From contig SLJO01000086.1 of assembly GCA_007135095.1 (NCBI GenBank), positions 5,011-69,010 of the forward strand: a stretch of 64,000 bases of DNA, given 5' to 3'. This stretch comes from Bacteroidales bacterium (GTDB taxonomy: Bacteria; Bacteroidota; Bacteroidia; Bacteroidales; PUMT01). Positions 52,633-62,834 of the stretch are shown here, one piece after another. The notes beneath the pieces are model-generated. The model had not been told where the DNA came from and did no database searches. It worked only from the letters and a program-made list of their open reading frames with translations. The translations under genes and the position numbers were made by a program. Positions within the stretch are counted from its first letter, which is position 1. The number at the start of each line of letters is the position of its first letter.

Positions 52633-53732
52633 TTGTGAATGGTGTTATTTTGCATAATAAGTTTTCTTTTTTTATCTTCAAATTCGCTCATTACATCAAT
52701 AAGGGCCTGCACACTTTCAACCGGCAATGCGTTATAGATAGAGGCCCTGAAGCCGCCGACGGACCGGTGTCCTTTTATGCCTATCATACCTTTTGACTGG
52801 GCAAAGGTGAGAAATTCCGCTTCAAGGTCTGCAAATTCATCCTGCATCACAAAGCATACATTCATCAGGGAGCGTGACTCTTTTTCTGCTGTGCCAAGGA
52901 ATACTCTGCTGTTGTCAATTACATCGTAAAGCATGGCTGCTTTCCTGGCGTTAACTTCCTGCATCTTCTCCAGACCGCCAAGATCCCTGATCCATTTCAA
53001 TGTCTCCCTTATTGTGAATACCGGCAGGCAGGGAGGGGTATTGAACATCGAGCAATTCTCAATATGGATTCTATAGTCGAGCATAGAGGGAATGTCCCGC
53101 TCAACCTTGCCAAGTATGTCCTTCCTGACAACTACAAAGCCAGCACCTGCCGGACCGAGGTTTTTCTGGGCTCCCCCGTAAATAAGACCATATCTGGAAA
53201 CATCCATCGGACGGCTGCATATGTCTGAAGACATATCTGCAACCAGGGGAACCGGACTTTCAATATCCTCATGGATTTGCGTGCCGAATATGGTGTTATT
53301 AGTTGTTATATGAAAATAATCGGCATCTGAAGGTATCTCAAAGTTCCTGGGAATGTAACTGAAATTTTTGTCTTTTGAGGAGGCAACTATATCAACCTGT
53401 CCAAAATATTTTGCTTCCTTAATTGCTTTTTTGGCCCATGTGCCAGTTTCCAGGTAAGCAGCCTTTTTTTGGAGCAGGTTGAAAGGGATCATGCAGAAAT
53501 TTAAACTTGCACCTCCATGGAGAAACAATACTTCGTACCCTTCCGGCACATTAAGAACCTCCCTGAATAATTCAACAGTTTCATCCATAACTGCGATAAA
53601 ATCCTTTCCCCTGTGGGATACTTCAAGGACCGACAGGCCTGTGCCATTGAAATCAAGTACCGCTTCGGCTGTCTTCTCTATAACTGTGCGCGCCAATACG
53701 GATGGGCCGGCGCTAAAATTATGTTTCTTCAT
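52629..53732 (-). CDS. serC: phosphoserine aminotransferase
   Basis: 367 aa. N-terminal [10 protein letters not shown], a class V aminotransferase fold, and [11 protein letters not shown] (PLP-Lys context). Confidence 0.9.
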   Translation of the reverse strand: MKKHNFSAGPSVLARTVIEKTAEAVLDFNGTGLSVLEVSHRGKDFIAVMDETVELFREVLNVPEGYEVLFLHGGASLNFCMIPFNLLQKKAAYLETGTWAKKAIKEAKYFGQVDIVASSKDKNFSYIPRNFEIPSDADYFHITTNNTIFGTQIHEDIESPVPLVADMSSDICSRPMDVSRYGLIYGGAQKNLGPAGAGFVVVRKDILGKVERDIPSMLDYRIHIENCSMFNTPPCLPVFTIRETLKWIRDLGGLEKMQEVNARKAAMLYDVIDNSRVFLGTAEKESRSLMNVCFVMQDEFADLEAEFLTFAQSKGMIGIKGHRSVGGFRASIYNALPVESVQALIDVMSEFEDKKRKLIMQNNTIHK

Positions 53733-53831
53733 TGACAGATTTATTATATTTTATTAGTACTGGTAATTTGCCTGCAAATTGCAAATAATTTCTTAAAAAA
53801 AGCGGGAATTTATAAATGTTTTAATTGAGGC

Positions 53832-54575
53832 TTAAATAATTTTATGGTTTTTGGAAAAATAGTCCCTGTGCTCTACAAGAAATCGATCTTTAAGCAGTGG
53901 TATTACCCTCGTACTATCAATGGTGTTACAGTAAGGCATAACGTCATCCAGCCCGAGTTTTTTTAAACGGTGCCGGTGTGCGGCTTTTTCCATGTAACCC
54001 AGAAGATCCTTGCGTGCAATTTCCCATAATTCAATTGCGGCGACGGTCGAATCACAGCTGGTATTATAATGGCCACTTCCGGTCAATGCACTTGCAAGTG
54101 CTCCGGCAAAGACACTATCCTCAAGATTATACCTGTTTTTCCATCCGGCACATAGCACAAGTACATCAGAGTCCTCAGCTATCAGCCATTCAGCCAGGGC
54201 AGACAAATTAACGAAAGCCCCTATCGCAACCCCTCTGGCCTGGGCTGCCATTTCGATGGCCTGGGTACCGTTCGTGGTACTGTAAACTATGGTAGCCCCT
54301 TTAACCCGTTCTGGACTGAAGTTAAAGGGAGAATTCCCAAAATCGGCAAAATCCAGAATAATCCCGTCCCTTTCTGCTGCAACAAGAAATCCCTTTTTTT
54401 TCCAGGCCCTGGCTTCTTCAAGTCCGGCAACCGGAATAATACGCTTAACCCCGTTCTCAAATGCAGCACAGATAGCAGTGGTAGCCCGCAGGATATCCGA
54501 TACAACCACTATTGCCTCATCATTCCGGTAATAGGGATAAAGTGCCGGCGAGTAACATACTTCTATCTTTTTCAT
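53832..54575 (-). CDS. 2-phosphosulfolactate phosphatase (ComB) family protein
   Basis: VVSDILRATT, GFLVAAERDG and NGT blocks are present. The ATG at 54575 (MKKIEV) is preferred over the TTG called at 54584. Confidence 0.75.
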   Translation of the reverse strand: MKKIEVCYSPALYPYYRNDEAIVVVSDILRATTAICAAFENGVKRIIPVAGLEEARAWKKKGFLVAAERDGIILDFADFGNSPFNFSPERVKGATIVYSTTNGTQAIEMAAQARGVAIGAFVNLSALAEWLIAEDSDVLVLCAGWKNRYNLEDSVFAGALASALTGSGHYNTSCDSTVAAIELWEIARKDLLGYMEKAAHRHRLKKLGLDDVMPYCNTIDSTRVIPLLKDRFLVEHRDYFSKNHKII

Positions 54576-54667
54576 TTTAAACAATCAGCGAGTTATATTT
54601 CTATGGGAACTGATATTTTAGTGTTTCAATTGCATAAAAAGCCCGGTAAAAATACCCCGGCACGATG

Positions 54668-55780
54668 CTAGTGCTTTTTTTCCTTATACAAGGGGGGTCT
54701 TACAACCTCCGCCCTGATGCTTTTATTCCTGATAAGAATATTTATCTCTGTCCCCTCACGGGCAAAAGCAGATTTTACATACCCCATGCCAATCCCTGTT
54801 TTCATCATTGGCGACATGGTGCCCGATGTCACATTACCTATTATATTATGATCGTTATCAGCAATTTCATAATGCAGCCGGGGTATGCCTCTCTCCCGCA
54901 GAATAAATCCGACAAGCTTCCGGTGTGTCCCCTCCTTTTTTTGCTTTAAAAGCAACTCCTTATCAATAAATTCATTATTGTCGGTAAATTTGGTTATCCA
55001 TCCGAGTCCGGCTTCGATGGGTGATGTGGTTTCATCTATATCATTCCCGTAAAGGCAGAACCCCATTTCCAGACGAAGTGTATCACGTGCTCCAAGTCCG
55101 GCTGGTTTTATTCCGAATTCCCTCCCTGCCTCAAAAATAGCATTCCACAGTGCGGGACCGTCTTCATTGGCCACATATATCTCGCATCCGCCGGCGCCGG
55201 TATATCCTGTTGTCGAGAATACAGCTTTCTTTATTCCGGCGATACTGAGTTCCCTGAAGGTATGGAATTTCATATCCTCAACGGGTTCATCGATTAGTTT
55301 TTGCATTACCCTGAGGGCATGAGGACCCTGTACGGCAAGCAGGGAAATCTCATCGGAGGCATTATACAGGTCTGTGCCAACCGCAAGTCCGTGCTCCCCG
55401 GCATGACCGGCACACCAGTTCCAGTCTTTTTCAATATTTGCAGCATTTACAACGAGCATAAAGTTTTCCTGGCTAAATCTGTAAACAAGCAGATCATCAA
55501 TTATGCCCCCCTTGCCGTTGGGAAAACAGGAGTATTGGACCATCCCGTCGGTAAGACGCGTAATGTCATTGGTGGTGATATACTGCAGGAACCCGGCAGC
55601 ACCGGGCCCCTTTACCCGGAATTCGCCCATATGTGAAACATCGAATACCCCGGCTTTTTCACGCACAGTTATATGCTCATCATTTATACCGCTGTATTCC
55701 ACAGGCATGTTAAATCCGGCAAAGGGCTGCATTCTTGCGCCCAGTTTCATGTGAAAATCAGTAAAGGCAGTATTCTTCAT
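54668..55780 (-). CDS. gcvT: glycine cleavage system aminomethyltransferase (T protein)
   Basis: 370 aa. Blocks [28 protein letters not shown] and RDTLRLE. Confidence 0.93.
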   Translation of the reverse strand: MKNTAFTDFHMKLGARMQPFAGFNMPVEYSGINDEHITVREKAGVFDVSHMGEFRVKGPGAAGFLQYITTNDITRLTDGMVQYSCFPNGKGGIIDDLLVYRFSQENFMLVVNAANIEKDWNWCAGHAGEHGLAVGTDLYNASDEISLLAVQGPHALRVMQKLIDEPVEDMKFHTFRELSIAGIKKAVFSTTGYTGAGGCEIYVANEDGPALWNAIFEAGREFGIKPAGLGARDTLRLEMGFCLYGNDIDETTSPIEAGLGWITKFTDNNEFIDKELLLKQKKEGTHRKLVGFILRERGIPRLHYEIADNDHNIIGNVTSGTMSPMMKTGIGMGYVKSAFAREGTEINILIRNKSIRAEVVRPPLYKEKKH

Positions 55781-56066
55781 AACAGACAGATTTGTACTTA
55801 TTATTTGGACACAGAGCTGCCTGAATACCTGCTGGTTTATGGAAATTACATGAAACGTTTAACTTCTGGCAGGCCCCGTTAATTATCTTGTGAAATTAAT
55901 TAAAATTGTAATTACCTTTTCACAAAAGTAACTATTTTGGATGCTTTCATCACAGTCATATTTATAAATGATCAATTCCGTATGTTCTGAAATTTAATTG
56001 GCCCGGAAGTGGAACTGGCCGGTAAGGTATAATAACTAACAGATAGTCAGTGCAGCATTAAACAAA

Positions 56067-56074
56067 TACATTTG
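56067..56074 (+). promoter_or_regulatory. candidate -7 promoter box (TACATTTG) upstream of the Hpt-STAS pair
   Basis: Exact TAnnTTTG match, 74 nt upstream of the ATG at 56148. Confidence 0.3.
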
Positions 56075-56147
56075 TTTGTAAAATTTCATTACATTTATAT
56101 CGGTAAACCAGGCCAAGCCGGTCAAATACACAATTAACACAAAAGCA

Positions 56148-56498
56148 ATGGGCCCCAAACATATTGATCTTAAGTATCTTAACGATATTTCAGGCGACGA
56201 TAAGGAATTGATACTTGAGATGATACAGATATTCAGGTCGGAGGTGCCGGGATATATAAAACTAATGAATGAATTTTATGAAAATCGAAAGTGGGAGGCG
56301 CTGGGAAAGCTTTCCCACAAGGCAAGGGCATCGGCATCTATAATGGGAATGAAGCAGCTGGCGGATGAACTTAAAAACCTTGAGTTGCTTGCACAGGAAA
56401 AAAAAGACACTCAGTTATATATTTCATTTTTACGCAGTATTGAAAATCAATTTCTTGCTGCAATCGAAGAATTGGAGTTGTATGCCGAAACCCTTTAA
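56148..56498 (+). CDS. stand-alone Hpt (histidine phosphotransfer) domain protein
   Basis: 116 aa four-helix-type sequence with the phospho-His motif SHKARASASIMG (HK..........G). Confidence 0.75.
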   Translation: MGPKHIDLKYLNDISGDDKELILEMIQIFRSEVPGYIKLMNEFYENRKWEALGKLSHKARASASIMGMKQLADELKNLELLAQEKKDTQLYISFLRSIENQFLAAIEELELYAETL

Positions 56499-56507
56499 AC
56501 TATAGCC

Positions 56508-56843
56508 ATGGTTAAATCTGAACTTTCCGATGATGTGATTATTTGCTCATTTGATCAGAGCAATAAACTTAACGCGGTAAATTCCGAGGAGGTCAAGACC
56601 GAAATTGGAAAACATTTTGATACTTCAGGCACAAAGCTTATCCTTGACCTGGGTAATATAGAATTTATTGACAGCTCCGGATTCGGGGTACTTCTGTCTG
56701 TAATGAAGAAAGCAAAAAACAATTCAGGGACCCTGCGAATATGCTGTATAAAACCCGAAGTCATGTCTTTGTTCAAGCTGCTCCAGCTGCATAATGTTTT
56801 TCATTTGTGCAACACAACAGAAGAGTGCAGGAATAGCTTTTAA
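56508..56843 (+). CDS. STAS-domain anti-sigma-factor antagonist (SpoIIAA/RsbV-like)
   Basis: 111 aa with the conserved phospho-serine loop IEFIDSSGFGVLL. It starts 9 nt after the Hpt stop. Confidence 0.8.
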   Translation: MVKSELSDDVIICSFDQSNKLNAVNSEEVKTEIGKHFDTSGTKLILDLGNIEFIDSSGFGVLLSVMKKAKNNSGTLRICCIKPEVMSLFKLLQLHNVFHLCNTTEECRNSF

Positions 56844-59428
56844 TTGCTAAAAACCAGCTTACCGTCTTTTGCGTCTATCTTTAGCACTTTCTCCTTGTCA
56901 ATTTTTCCGGCAAGTATCTGGCGTGACAACTCATTCATAATGTATCTCTGCATAACCCGCTTAACGGGTCTTGCGCCATATTGGGGGTCAAATCCGAGTT
57001 TGGTAAGCAGGTCAATTGCCGCGACTGATATTTCCGCATGAACCTGGTTAGATGCCAGCATTTTTCTTACCTGTTCAAACTGAAGCCCTACAATTTGTTT
57101 CACCTCATCTTCCGATAGCGGTTTAAACATAATGATATCATCAATACGGTTTAAAAACTCCGGTCTTATGGTCTGCCTGAGCAATTCCATTACCTGCCTG
57201 CGTGACCTCTCAAACATTTCTTCGCGGCTAATGCTGTTGAGCTTCTCATAGTTCTCCTGAATAATATGCGATCCCACATTGGAGGTCATAATAATAATGG
57301 TGTTCTTGAAATTAACCAGCCTGCCCTTGTTATCGGTCAGCCGTCCGTCATCAAGCACCTGCAGAAGAATATTGAACACATCCGGATGGGCCTTTTCTAT
57401 TTCATCAAGCAGAATAACCGAATACGGTTTTCTTCTTACAGCCTCGGAAAGCTGACCCCCCTCTTCATAACCTACATACCCGGGAGGTGCTCCTATCAGG
57501 CGGGCTATGGAATGTCTTTCCTGGTATTCGGACATATCTATCCTTGTCATCAGGTTTTCATCATCAAAGAGAAATTCAGCCAGTGCCCGTGCAAGTTCTG
57601 TTTTGCCAACACCCGTGGTGCCGAGAAAGATAAATGACCCTATGGGGCGTTTGGCATCCTGCAATCCGGCCCTGCTCCTTCTTACTGCATCAGAAACCGC
57701 CTCCAGCGCTTCATCCTGCCCGATAACACGTTTATGGAGCTCTTTTTCAAGGGAGAGCAGTTTTTCCCTTTCGCTCTGGAGCATCCGGCTCACAGGGATG
57801 CCGGTCCAGCGGGAAACGATCTCCGCAATATCTTCGGAATCAATTTCCTCCCTGATCATTGCTTCTTCTCCCTTGGTTTTATGCAATTCCTGCTGAAGTT
57901 TATCGATCTGTAATTCCGCTTCCTTTATCCGTCCGTACCTGAGTTCGGCTACCTTTCCGTAATCGCCCTGCCTCTCTGCCTGCTCAGCCTCAATCTTCAT
58001 ATTCTCTATGGACTCCTTATGTTCCTGGATTTTGCTTATTACAGCGCGTTCATTTTCCCACCTGGCCCTTAGCTTTCTGTTCTCCTCATTCAGGTTTGCC
58101 AGTTCTGATGAAAGTTCGGTTTCCTTATCCTTGATCCCTTCTCTTTTAATTGCCTCTCTTTCAATTTCCAGCTGCTTTATCTTTCTCTCTATCTCATCAA
58201 TGCTTTCGGGAACGGAATTCATTTCAAGCCTCAGCCTGGAGGCCGCCTCATCGATCAGGTCTATCGCCTTGTCAGGCAGATGCCGTTCTGTTATATACCT
58301 GTGTGATAGTTCAACGGCTGCAATGATAGCATCATCCTTTATCCTTACCTTATGATGTGTTTCATACCTCTCCTTGAGGCCCCTGAGTATCGACACAGCG
58401 CTCATTACATCCGGTTCATCGACCATGACAATCTGGAACCTTCGCTCCAGGGCTTTATCCTTTTCAAAGTATTTCTGATATTCATTCAGGGTAGTAGCCC
58501 CGATGGCTTTCAGTTCTCCCCGCGCAAGGGCCGGTTTAAGTATATTTGCGGCATCCATTGCACCTTCGCTCTTGCCTGCCCCCACAAGCGTGTGTATCTC
58601 GTCTATGAACATCACTATTTCCCCCTGGGAATTAACCACTTCTTTTACAACAGCCTTCAGGCGTTCTTCGAACTCTCCCTTGTATTTGGCACCCGCTATC
58701 AGTGCGCCCATATCCAGCGAGAATACCTGTTTGGTTTTCAGGTTGTCGGGCACATCTCCGCTGACTATCCTGTGCGCAAGTCCCTCGGCAATGGCAGTCT
58801 TTCCCACTCCCGGCTCACCGATCAGTATAGGGTTGTTCTTGGTTCTTCTTGAAAGAATCTGAAGCAGGCGGCGAATTTCATCATCGCGGCCGATAACCGG
58901 GTCAAGCTTTCCTGCGCGGGCCATTTCATTAAGGTTCAGGGCAAAACGGTTCAGGGCATCAAGGGTGTCTTCGGCCGACTGGCTGGTGACCTTTGAACCT
59001 TTCCTTAGCTCGGCTATTGCTTTTTTAAGATCACCGGCAGTCACCCCGTTGTCCTTCATCATTTGTGACACCTGATCGCCGGCAAGAAATAAACCGGTCA
59101 TCAGGTGCTCAAGCGAAACATAATCATCTCCCTCTTTTTTAGACTGGTCAATTGCTTTTTGCAGAGCCCCTGATGCTGATGATGACAGATACTGGTCGCC
59201 ACCCGAAACCCTGGGGTAGGATTCAATAATGCTATCAAGGACTCTTCCGAAATTGTTAAGGTTGACATTCAGCTTTTTAAGGATGAAACCTGTTATATGC
59301 TCATCGGTATTAAGCAATGACTTCATAATGTGCCCGGTCTCCACTGCCTGATGCCCTTTACCTGAGGCAATTGAGAAAGCCTGCTGTATTGCCTCCTGTG
59401 ATTTTATTGTAAAATTATTAAGGTTCAT
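56840..59428 (-). CDS. clpB: ATP-dependent disaggregase ClpB
   Basis: 862 aa. Clp N domain, two AAA+ modules ([21 protein letters not shown]), and a long coiled-coil M-domain. Confidence 0.97.
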   Translation of the reverse strand: MNLNNFTIKSQEAIQQAFSIASGKGHQAVETGHIMKSLLNTDEHITGFILKKLNVNLNNFGRVLDSIIESYPRVSGGDQYLSSSASGALQKAIDQSKKEGDDYVSLEHLMTGLFLAGDQVSQMMKDNGVTAGDLKKAIAELRKGSKVTSQSAEDTLDALNRFALNLNEMARAGKLDPVIGRDDEIRRLLQILSRRTKNNPILIGEPGVGKTAIAEGLAHRIVSGDVPDNLKTKQVFSLDMGALIAGAKYKGEFEERLKAVVKEVVNSQGEIVMFIDEIHTLVGAGKSEGAMDAANILKPALARGELKAIGATTLNEYQKYFEKDKALERRFQIVMVDEPDVMSAVSILRGLKERYETHHKVRIKDDAIIAAVELSHRYITERHLPDKAIDLIDEAASRLRLEMNSVPESIDEIERKIKQLEIEREAIKREGIKDKETELSSELANLNEENRKLRARWENERAVISKIQEHKESIENMKIEAEQAERQGDYGKVAELRYGRIKEAELQIDKLQQELHKTKGEEAMIREEIDSEDIAEIVSRWTGIPVSRMLQSEREKLLSLEKELHKRVIGQDEALEAVSDAVRRSRAGLQDAKRPIGSFIFLGTTGVGKTELARALAEFLFDDENLMTRIDMSEYQERHSIARLIGAPPGYVGYEEGGQLSEAVRRKPYSVILLDEIEKAHPDVFNILLQVLDDGRLTDNKGRLVNFKNTIIIMTSNVGSHIIQENYEKLNSISREEMFERSRRQVMELLRQTIRPEFLNRIDDIIMFKPLSEDEVKQIVGLQFEQVRKMLASNQVHAEISVAAIDLLTKLGFDPQYGARPVKRVMQRYIMNELSRQILAGKIDKEKVLKIDAKDGKLVFSN

Positions 59429-59558
59429 GTTTCTGGTATTTGAATCATTGATTTTTAAACAAACTGATCAAAAGGGCTGCCAAAAAATTATAACCAGTTT
59501 CCGGTGCCGTTTTTGTTTAAATAAAGGAAATGATATGCCAATTTGACAGACAGGTTAT

Positions 59559-60956
59559 TCATTTCTCCTGCCAGTTGCCAAACTTAAGATACAACCAGGA
59601 GAGTATCAACAGGCAGCCGGCATAAAGAAATTCGACCGTCCATACCACCGCGACAGGCAACCTGAATACAATAACCATCAGGTATGCAGCCAGAAAATAG
59701 AACCCCACCACGAATAGCTCCATGATCAGGGCTATTCCTGTTTTTCCAGTCCCTGAAACTGCGTTATAAAAAACCATTGCGAAAGCAAAGCAGATAACTG
59801 ACCCTGAAACAACCCGCAGAACCGGGAGCGACTGCGCTATCAGTCCGGCATCAGTAGTGTAGATCATGAGGATTTCAACCGGGAAAAGCATCGCCGGAAT
59901 AACAAATGCCAGAACCAGCAAAAAACACAGGGCGGATGTCTTGTACACAACCGGCAAAACTTCATGGCCGTGCCTCCTGCCTATGAGAAAGCTCACCAGC
60001 GTATTGGAGGCCGCAGCAAAACCCCAGATCGGGATCATAAGGATAACATAAACACTTCTGACAATATTCGAAATTGCCAGCTCCCTCTCTCCAAGGTTCT
60101 CAACAAGAGCGAAAAATCCGAACCATGCGAACAGCGAAAGAAAATTCTGGAGCATTACAGGTCCTGAGATAAAAAAAACCCGCTTTGCCACGGGCAAATC
60201 AAATGCGTGAAATTCAAAAATCCTGTACTTTTTAATATCAGTGTAAAAGAAGGTGTAAAAACAGAAATAAACGGATACAAGTATTTCCGCAGCAACTGAA
60301 GCAATTGCGGCACCTTTCAGGCCCATTTCAGGAAACCCTAAATTACCGAAGATCAGTGCATAGTCCAGAAATACATTTACGGCAGCCATAACCAGTGTCG
60401 ACCATGTTATTATCCTGGTCCTGGAGGTACCGATGTAAAATGCACCAAATCCTATATTGATATATGCAAAGACAATCCCCCATGACCTGTAACTGATAAA
60501 CTCAACACTTGCATGGAAAACATTTTCCGATTTAATGATGCTGCTGAATAGCCCGCCGGAAAAAATTTTTATTATGAAAAACATGAGGACTGCCGTAATT
60601 AGCAGGGCAATAAAAGAATGCTCCATTACCCTGCCAATGCGTCCTGATTTGTCCTCACCTTCAAGCCGGGCTACTATAATTTGTGTGCCTATGCCCAGGC
60701 CATAACCCAGCATAATTATGGCAAGATAAAATACCCCTCCCAGCGCCGATGCCCCCAGTTCAATTTCTCCAAGCCGTCCGAGGAAGGCAGTATCAGTAAC
60801 ATTAATGACATTCTGGGCAATGCCTCCCACTATGATGGGCCATGCAATCCGCCATATCTTCTTATAGGATATTGTTTTCAAAAAGTCAGGTAATAAAAAC
60901 AGGCAATCACATCCCTTAATAAACAGATTTAAATTAAGCACTGATCTGCCCGGCAC
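59559..60956 (-). CDS. MATE-family efflux transporter; start uncertain
   Basis: About 12 predicted TM helices and a MATE-like N-terminus ...KKIWRIAWPIIVGGIAQN. The called start is GTG at 60956. An in-frame TTG at 60881 (MKTISYKKIW) would give a more typical N-terminus. Confidence 0.8.
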   Translation of the reverse strand: MPGRSVLNLNLFIKGCDCLFLLPDFLKTISYKKIWRIAWPIIVGGIAQNVINVTDTAFLGRLGEIELGASALGGVFYLAIIMLGYGLGIGTQIIVARLEGEDKSGRIGRVMEHSFIALLITAVLMFFIIKIFSGGLFSSIIKSENVFHASVEFISYRSWGIVFAYINIGFGAFYIGTSRTRIITWSTLVMAAVNVFLDYALIFGNLGFPEMGLKGAAIASVAAEILVSVYFCFYTFFYTDIKKYRIFEFHAFDLPVAKRVFFISGPVMLQNFLSLFAWFGFFALVENLGERELAISNIVRSVYVILMIPIWGFAAASNTLVSFLIGRRHGHEVLPVVYKTSALCFLLVLAFVIPAMLFPVEILMIYTTDAGLIAQSLPVLRVVSGSVICFAFAMVFYNAVSGTGKTGIALIMELFVVGFYFLAAYLMVIVFRLPVAVVWTVEFLYAGCLLILSWLYLKFGNWQEK

Positions 60957-61069
60957 CGACCGTGCAGATCCATCTGGTTATATGGTTTCGCATTCCATTA
61001 CATGCCGCCAAATCACGGGGCCATTATCAGGCTGGCTCCGGGGCAAAAGGCTAAAATCCGTTCATGAAA

Positions 61070-61420
61070 TCAGTTACCCGGAACCTCCCTTACCCTGTCA
61101 AAAAATTCATTTTGCAGTTCCAGGGTTTTCTCATCATTTTTTATGACTTTCAGGTTATTTACAATCGTCTCTATATGATTATTGGTAATAAGCTCGCCAA
61201 GTTCTGCCGAGGCAACTGTACCATCACCTGCATAATGGTTCGGGTATCTTGAATACCAGGTAATACTTGTATAAAGGTCTGGCAGTTCCAGCCTCCTCTG
61301 GTCAATTCCCGACTCATCGCCTGCCCAGTCGCTTGCTATGAGTTCTTCCCATATGACCGGCAGATCCTGAGCATTTGCAGAAAAAGCTGTCAATACCAAA
61401 AGAAAAGTTAATGTTCTCAT
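61070..61420 (-). CDS. small secreted hypothetical protein
   Basis: The ATG at 61420 gives MRTLTFLLVLTAFSANAQ, a clean signal peptide, plus about 98 further residues. There is no recognisable motif. Confidence 0.45.
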   Translation of the reverse strand: MRTLTFLLVLTAFSANAQDLPVIWEELIASDWAGDESGIDQRRLELPDLYTSITWYSRYPNHYAGDGTVASAELGELITNNHIETIVNNLKVIKNDEKTLELQNEFFDRVREVPGN

Positions 61421-61651
61421 TTCAGATAGTTTATGTAAGCAGTAATTTTGTATGTACAGTATTTTTGTGTTACGAAGTAACATGAGGAAGATCAAAGCCA
61501 CATTTCTACGCTTTCCGGGAAACCGGTTTTTGGCAGCATTTACAAAATCCTGCGGGTAAACTTAATAATCAAATGGCTGGCGACTGGTACTCTTTGGATA
61601 GTTTTGTATTTTCAGAATATACAAGAAGGGTTTGATAAAAAGGGGGGCTTA

Positions 61652-62032
61652 TCAGTCGTCAACCTCTATCAGCTCAAAGGGAATACGTATAATTGATTCA
61701 TAATCCTCCCCGGCTTCCAGCATATCTTCATCGTCCTCCTCATAATACCAATATACTACCACATCATTTTTCGCCTTGTGAATTACCTCCAGTTTTTTAA
61801 ATATATCCAGTATGCATTTTGAAGAGCTGGTGTTAAAATACTCAAGATGAATATTTACAAGTGTTTTTTTTGCAGGACAGGAGGCATATTCGTCAAGCCA
61901 ATCAACAAGTGGTTTAAAGAATTCGGTTGAATTTTCAGGAATTGACCTTCCTTTCATCTCAACAATTCCCAGTTCTGCATCAAACCTGATTGAGGGTGTT
62001 TTCGGTGTGCCTTCTTTGATTATGGATTCCAT
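61652..62032 (-). CDS. DUF1987 / SiaC-like regulatory protein
   Basis: 126 aa. TPKTPSIRFD...MKGRSIPENSTEFFKPLVDWLDEY...IHLEYFNTSSSKCILDIF carries the same YxNTSS Thr motif as the SiaC family. It lies 23 nt downstream of the SiaB-like gene. Confidence 0.75.
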   Translation of the reverse strand: MESIIKEGTPKTPSIRFDAELGIVEMKGRSIPENSTEFFKPLVDWLDEYASCPAKKTLVNIHLEYFNTSSSKCILDIFKKLEVIHKAKNDVVVYWYYEEDDEDMLEAGEDYESIIRIPFELIEVDD

Positions 62033-62055
62033 TCTTGTTTTAGTTAATAATTTGC

Positions 62056-62616
62056 CTAATTTTCACTTAAGGTTACAAAGACACTCAGGTTGAAGAAATA
62101 GTACTCCCCGTTAAATTCATGGAACATATACTCCATCTTATTCCCTGTTTTTTTGGCTATATCTATCAGGCCGAGACCACCGCCACCCTTGGGTGACAAT
62201 TTCTGGTGATTTAGCACGAACTTGTACATATCCTTAAGTTCTTCCCTGGATAGTGTGTTTATTTTATCTATTTTTTCCTTTAGCTGCTGGACTTTCACGG
62301 CACGGATAAAGTTTCCCGTGGATATTCTGTAAAAGCCTGATTCTTTGGCAATAACAAGTACGCCGAACCTGGCATCAAATTCATCTTTAATTTCTTCGGG
62401 AAGCTCGTCTATGTGATGGAAAAGGTTCTGAAGGCTTTCGACAAGAACATTATAAACCTTTTTTTTCACCGCAGATGCGGTCCTTATATCTTCCAGTTTG
62501 GATTCTATTACTTCCAGTACATTTGTAATCAGTTCAGTGGTAATGCTCCCCTTATACGCAAGAAGCACATCGCCCTCATTCATTTGTTTGTAACTTTCCT
62601 GTAAATTAAAGCTCAT
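62056..62616 (-). CDS. SiaB-like protein kinase (small GHKL-like, DUF6272-type)
   Basis: 186 aa. VLLAYKGSITTELITNVL, the G-rich lid GGGGLGLIDIAKKTG, and C-terminal YYFFNLSVFV follow the pattern of SiaB-family kinases that phosphorylate DUF1987 partners. Confidence 0.6.
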   Translation of the reverse strand: MSFNLQESYKQMNEGDVLLAYKGSITTELITNVLEVIESKLEDIRTASAVKKKVYNVLVESLQNLFHHIDELPEEIKDEFDARFGVLVIAKESGFYRISTGNFIRAVKVQQLKEKIDKINTLSREELKDMYKFVLNHQKLSPKGGGGLGLIDIAKKTGNKMEYMFHEFNGEYYFFNLSVFVTLSEN

Positions 62617-62834
62617 AAAGGCTTATGCATTGTGAACACCGCTGAATCCGGCTTAGTGCCGGACAAATATAATAAAACTAAAATACTAAACACAAAAAAT
62701 ACAACATCTAAAAATATACAATTATTCTTAATAAACAATATTCTTTTGGAACACAGGATAAAAGAGGCGGGGCAAAAAGCCAATGCCGCCAAAAATATCA
62801 TATTATGGATGGAATTTATCCCCCAGTAAAGGAT

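Noticed and set aside
55781-56147. Possible glycine riboswitch upstream of gcvT
   Set aside because: I read the minus strand upstream of the gcvT ATG and did not find the conserved GGAGAG...ACCGAAGGGGCAA-type cores. An Infernal scan would be decisive.
56840-56843. Convergent STAS gene and clpB share overlapping stop codons (TTAA), leaving no room for terminators
   Set aside because: This is real in the sequence but a common compaction feature. On its own it is not evidence of regulation.
56844-58862. Many 60-170-aa plus-strand ORFs antisense to clpB (e.g. 58352-58852, 57507-57896). Similar antisense ORFs lie inside gyrB (16368-16924), htrA, uvrA, the TPR gene and the GH3 gene.
   Set aside because: They lie entirely within strongly supported genes on the opposite strand. 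Their composition is low-complexity (Ser/Leu/Arg/Pro-rich) and they show no motifs. These are typical shadow ORFs.
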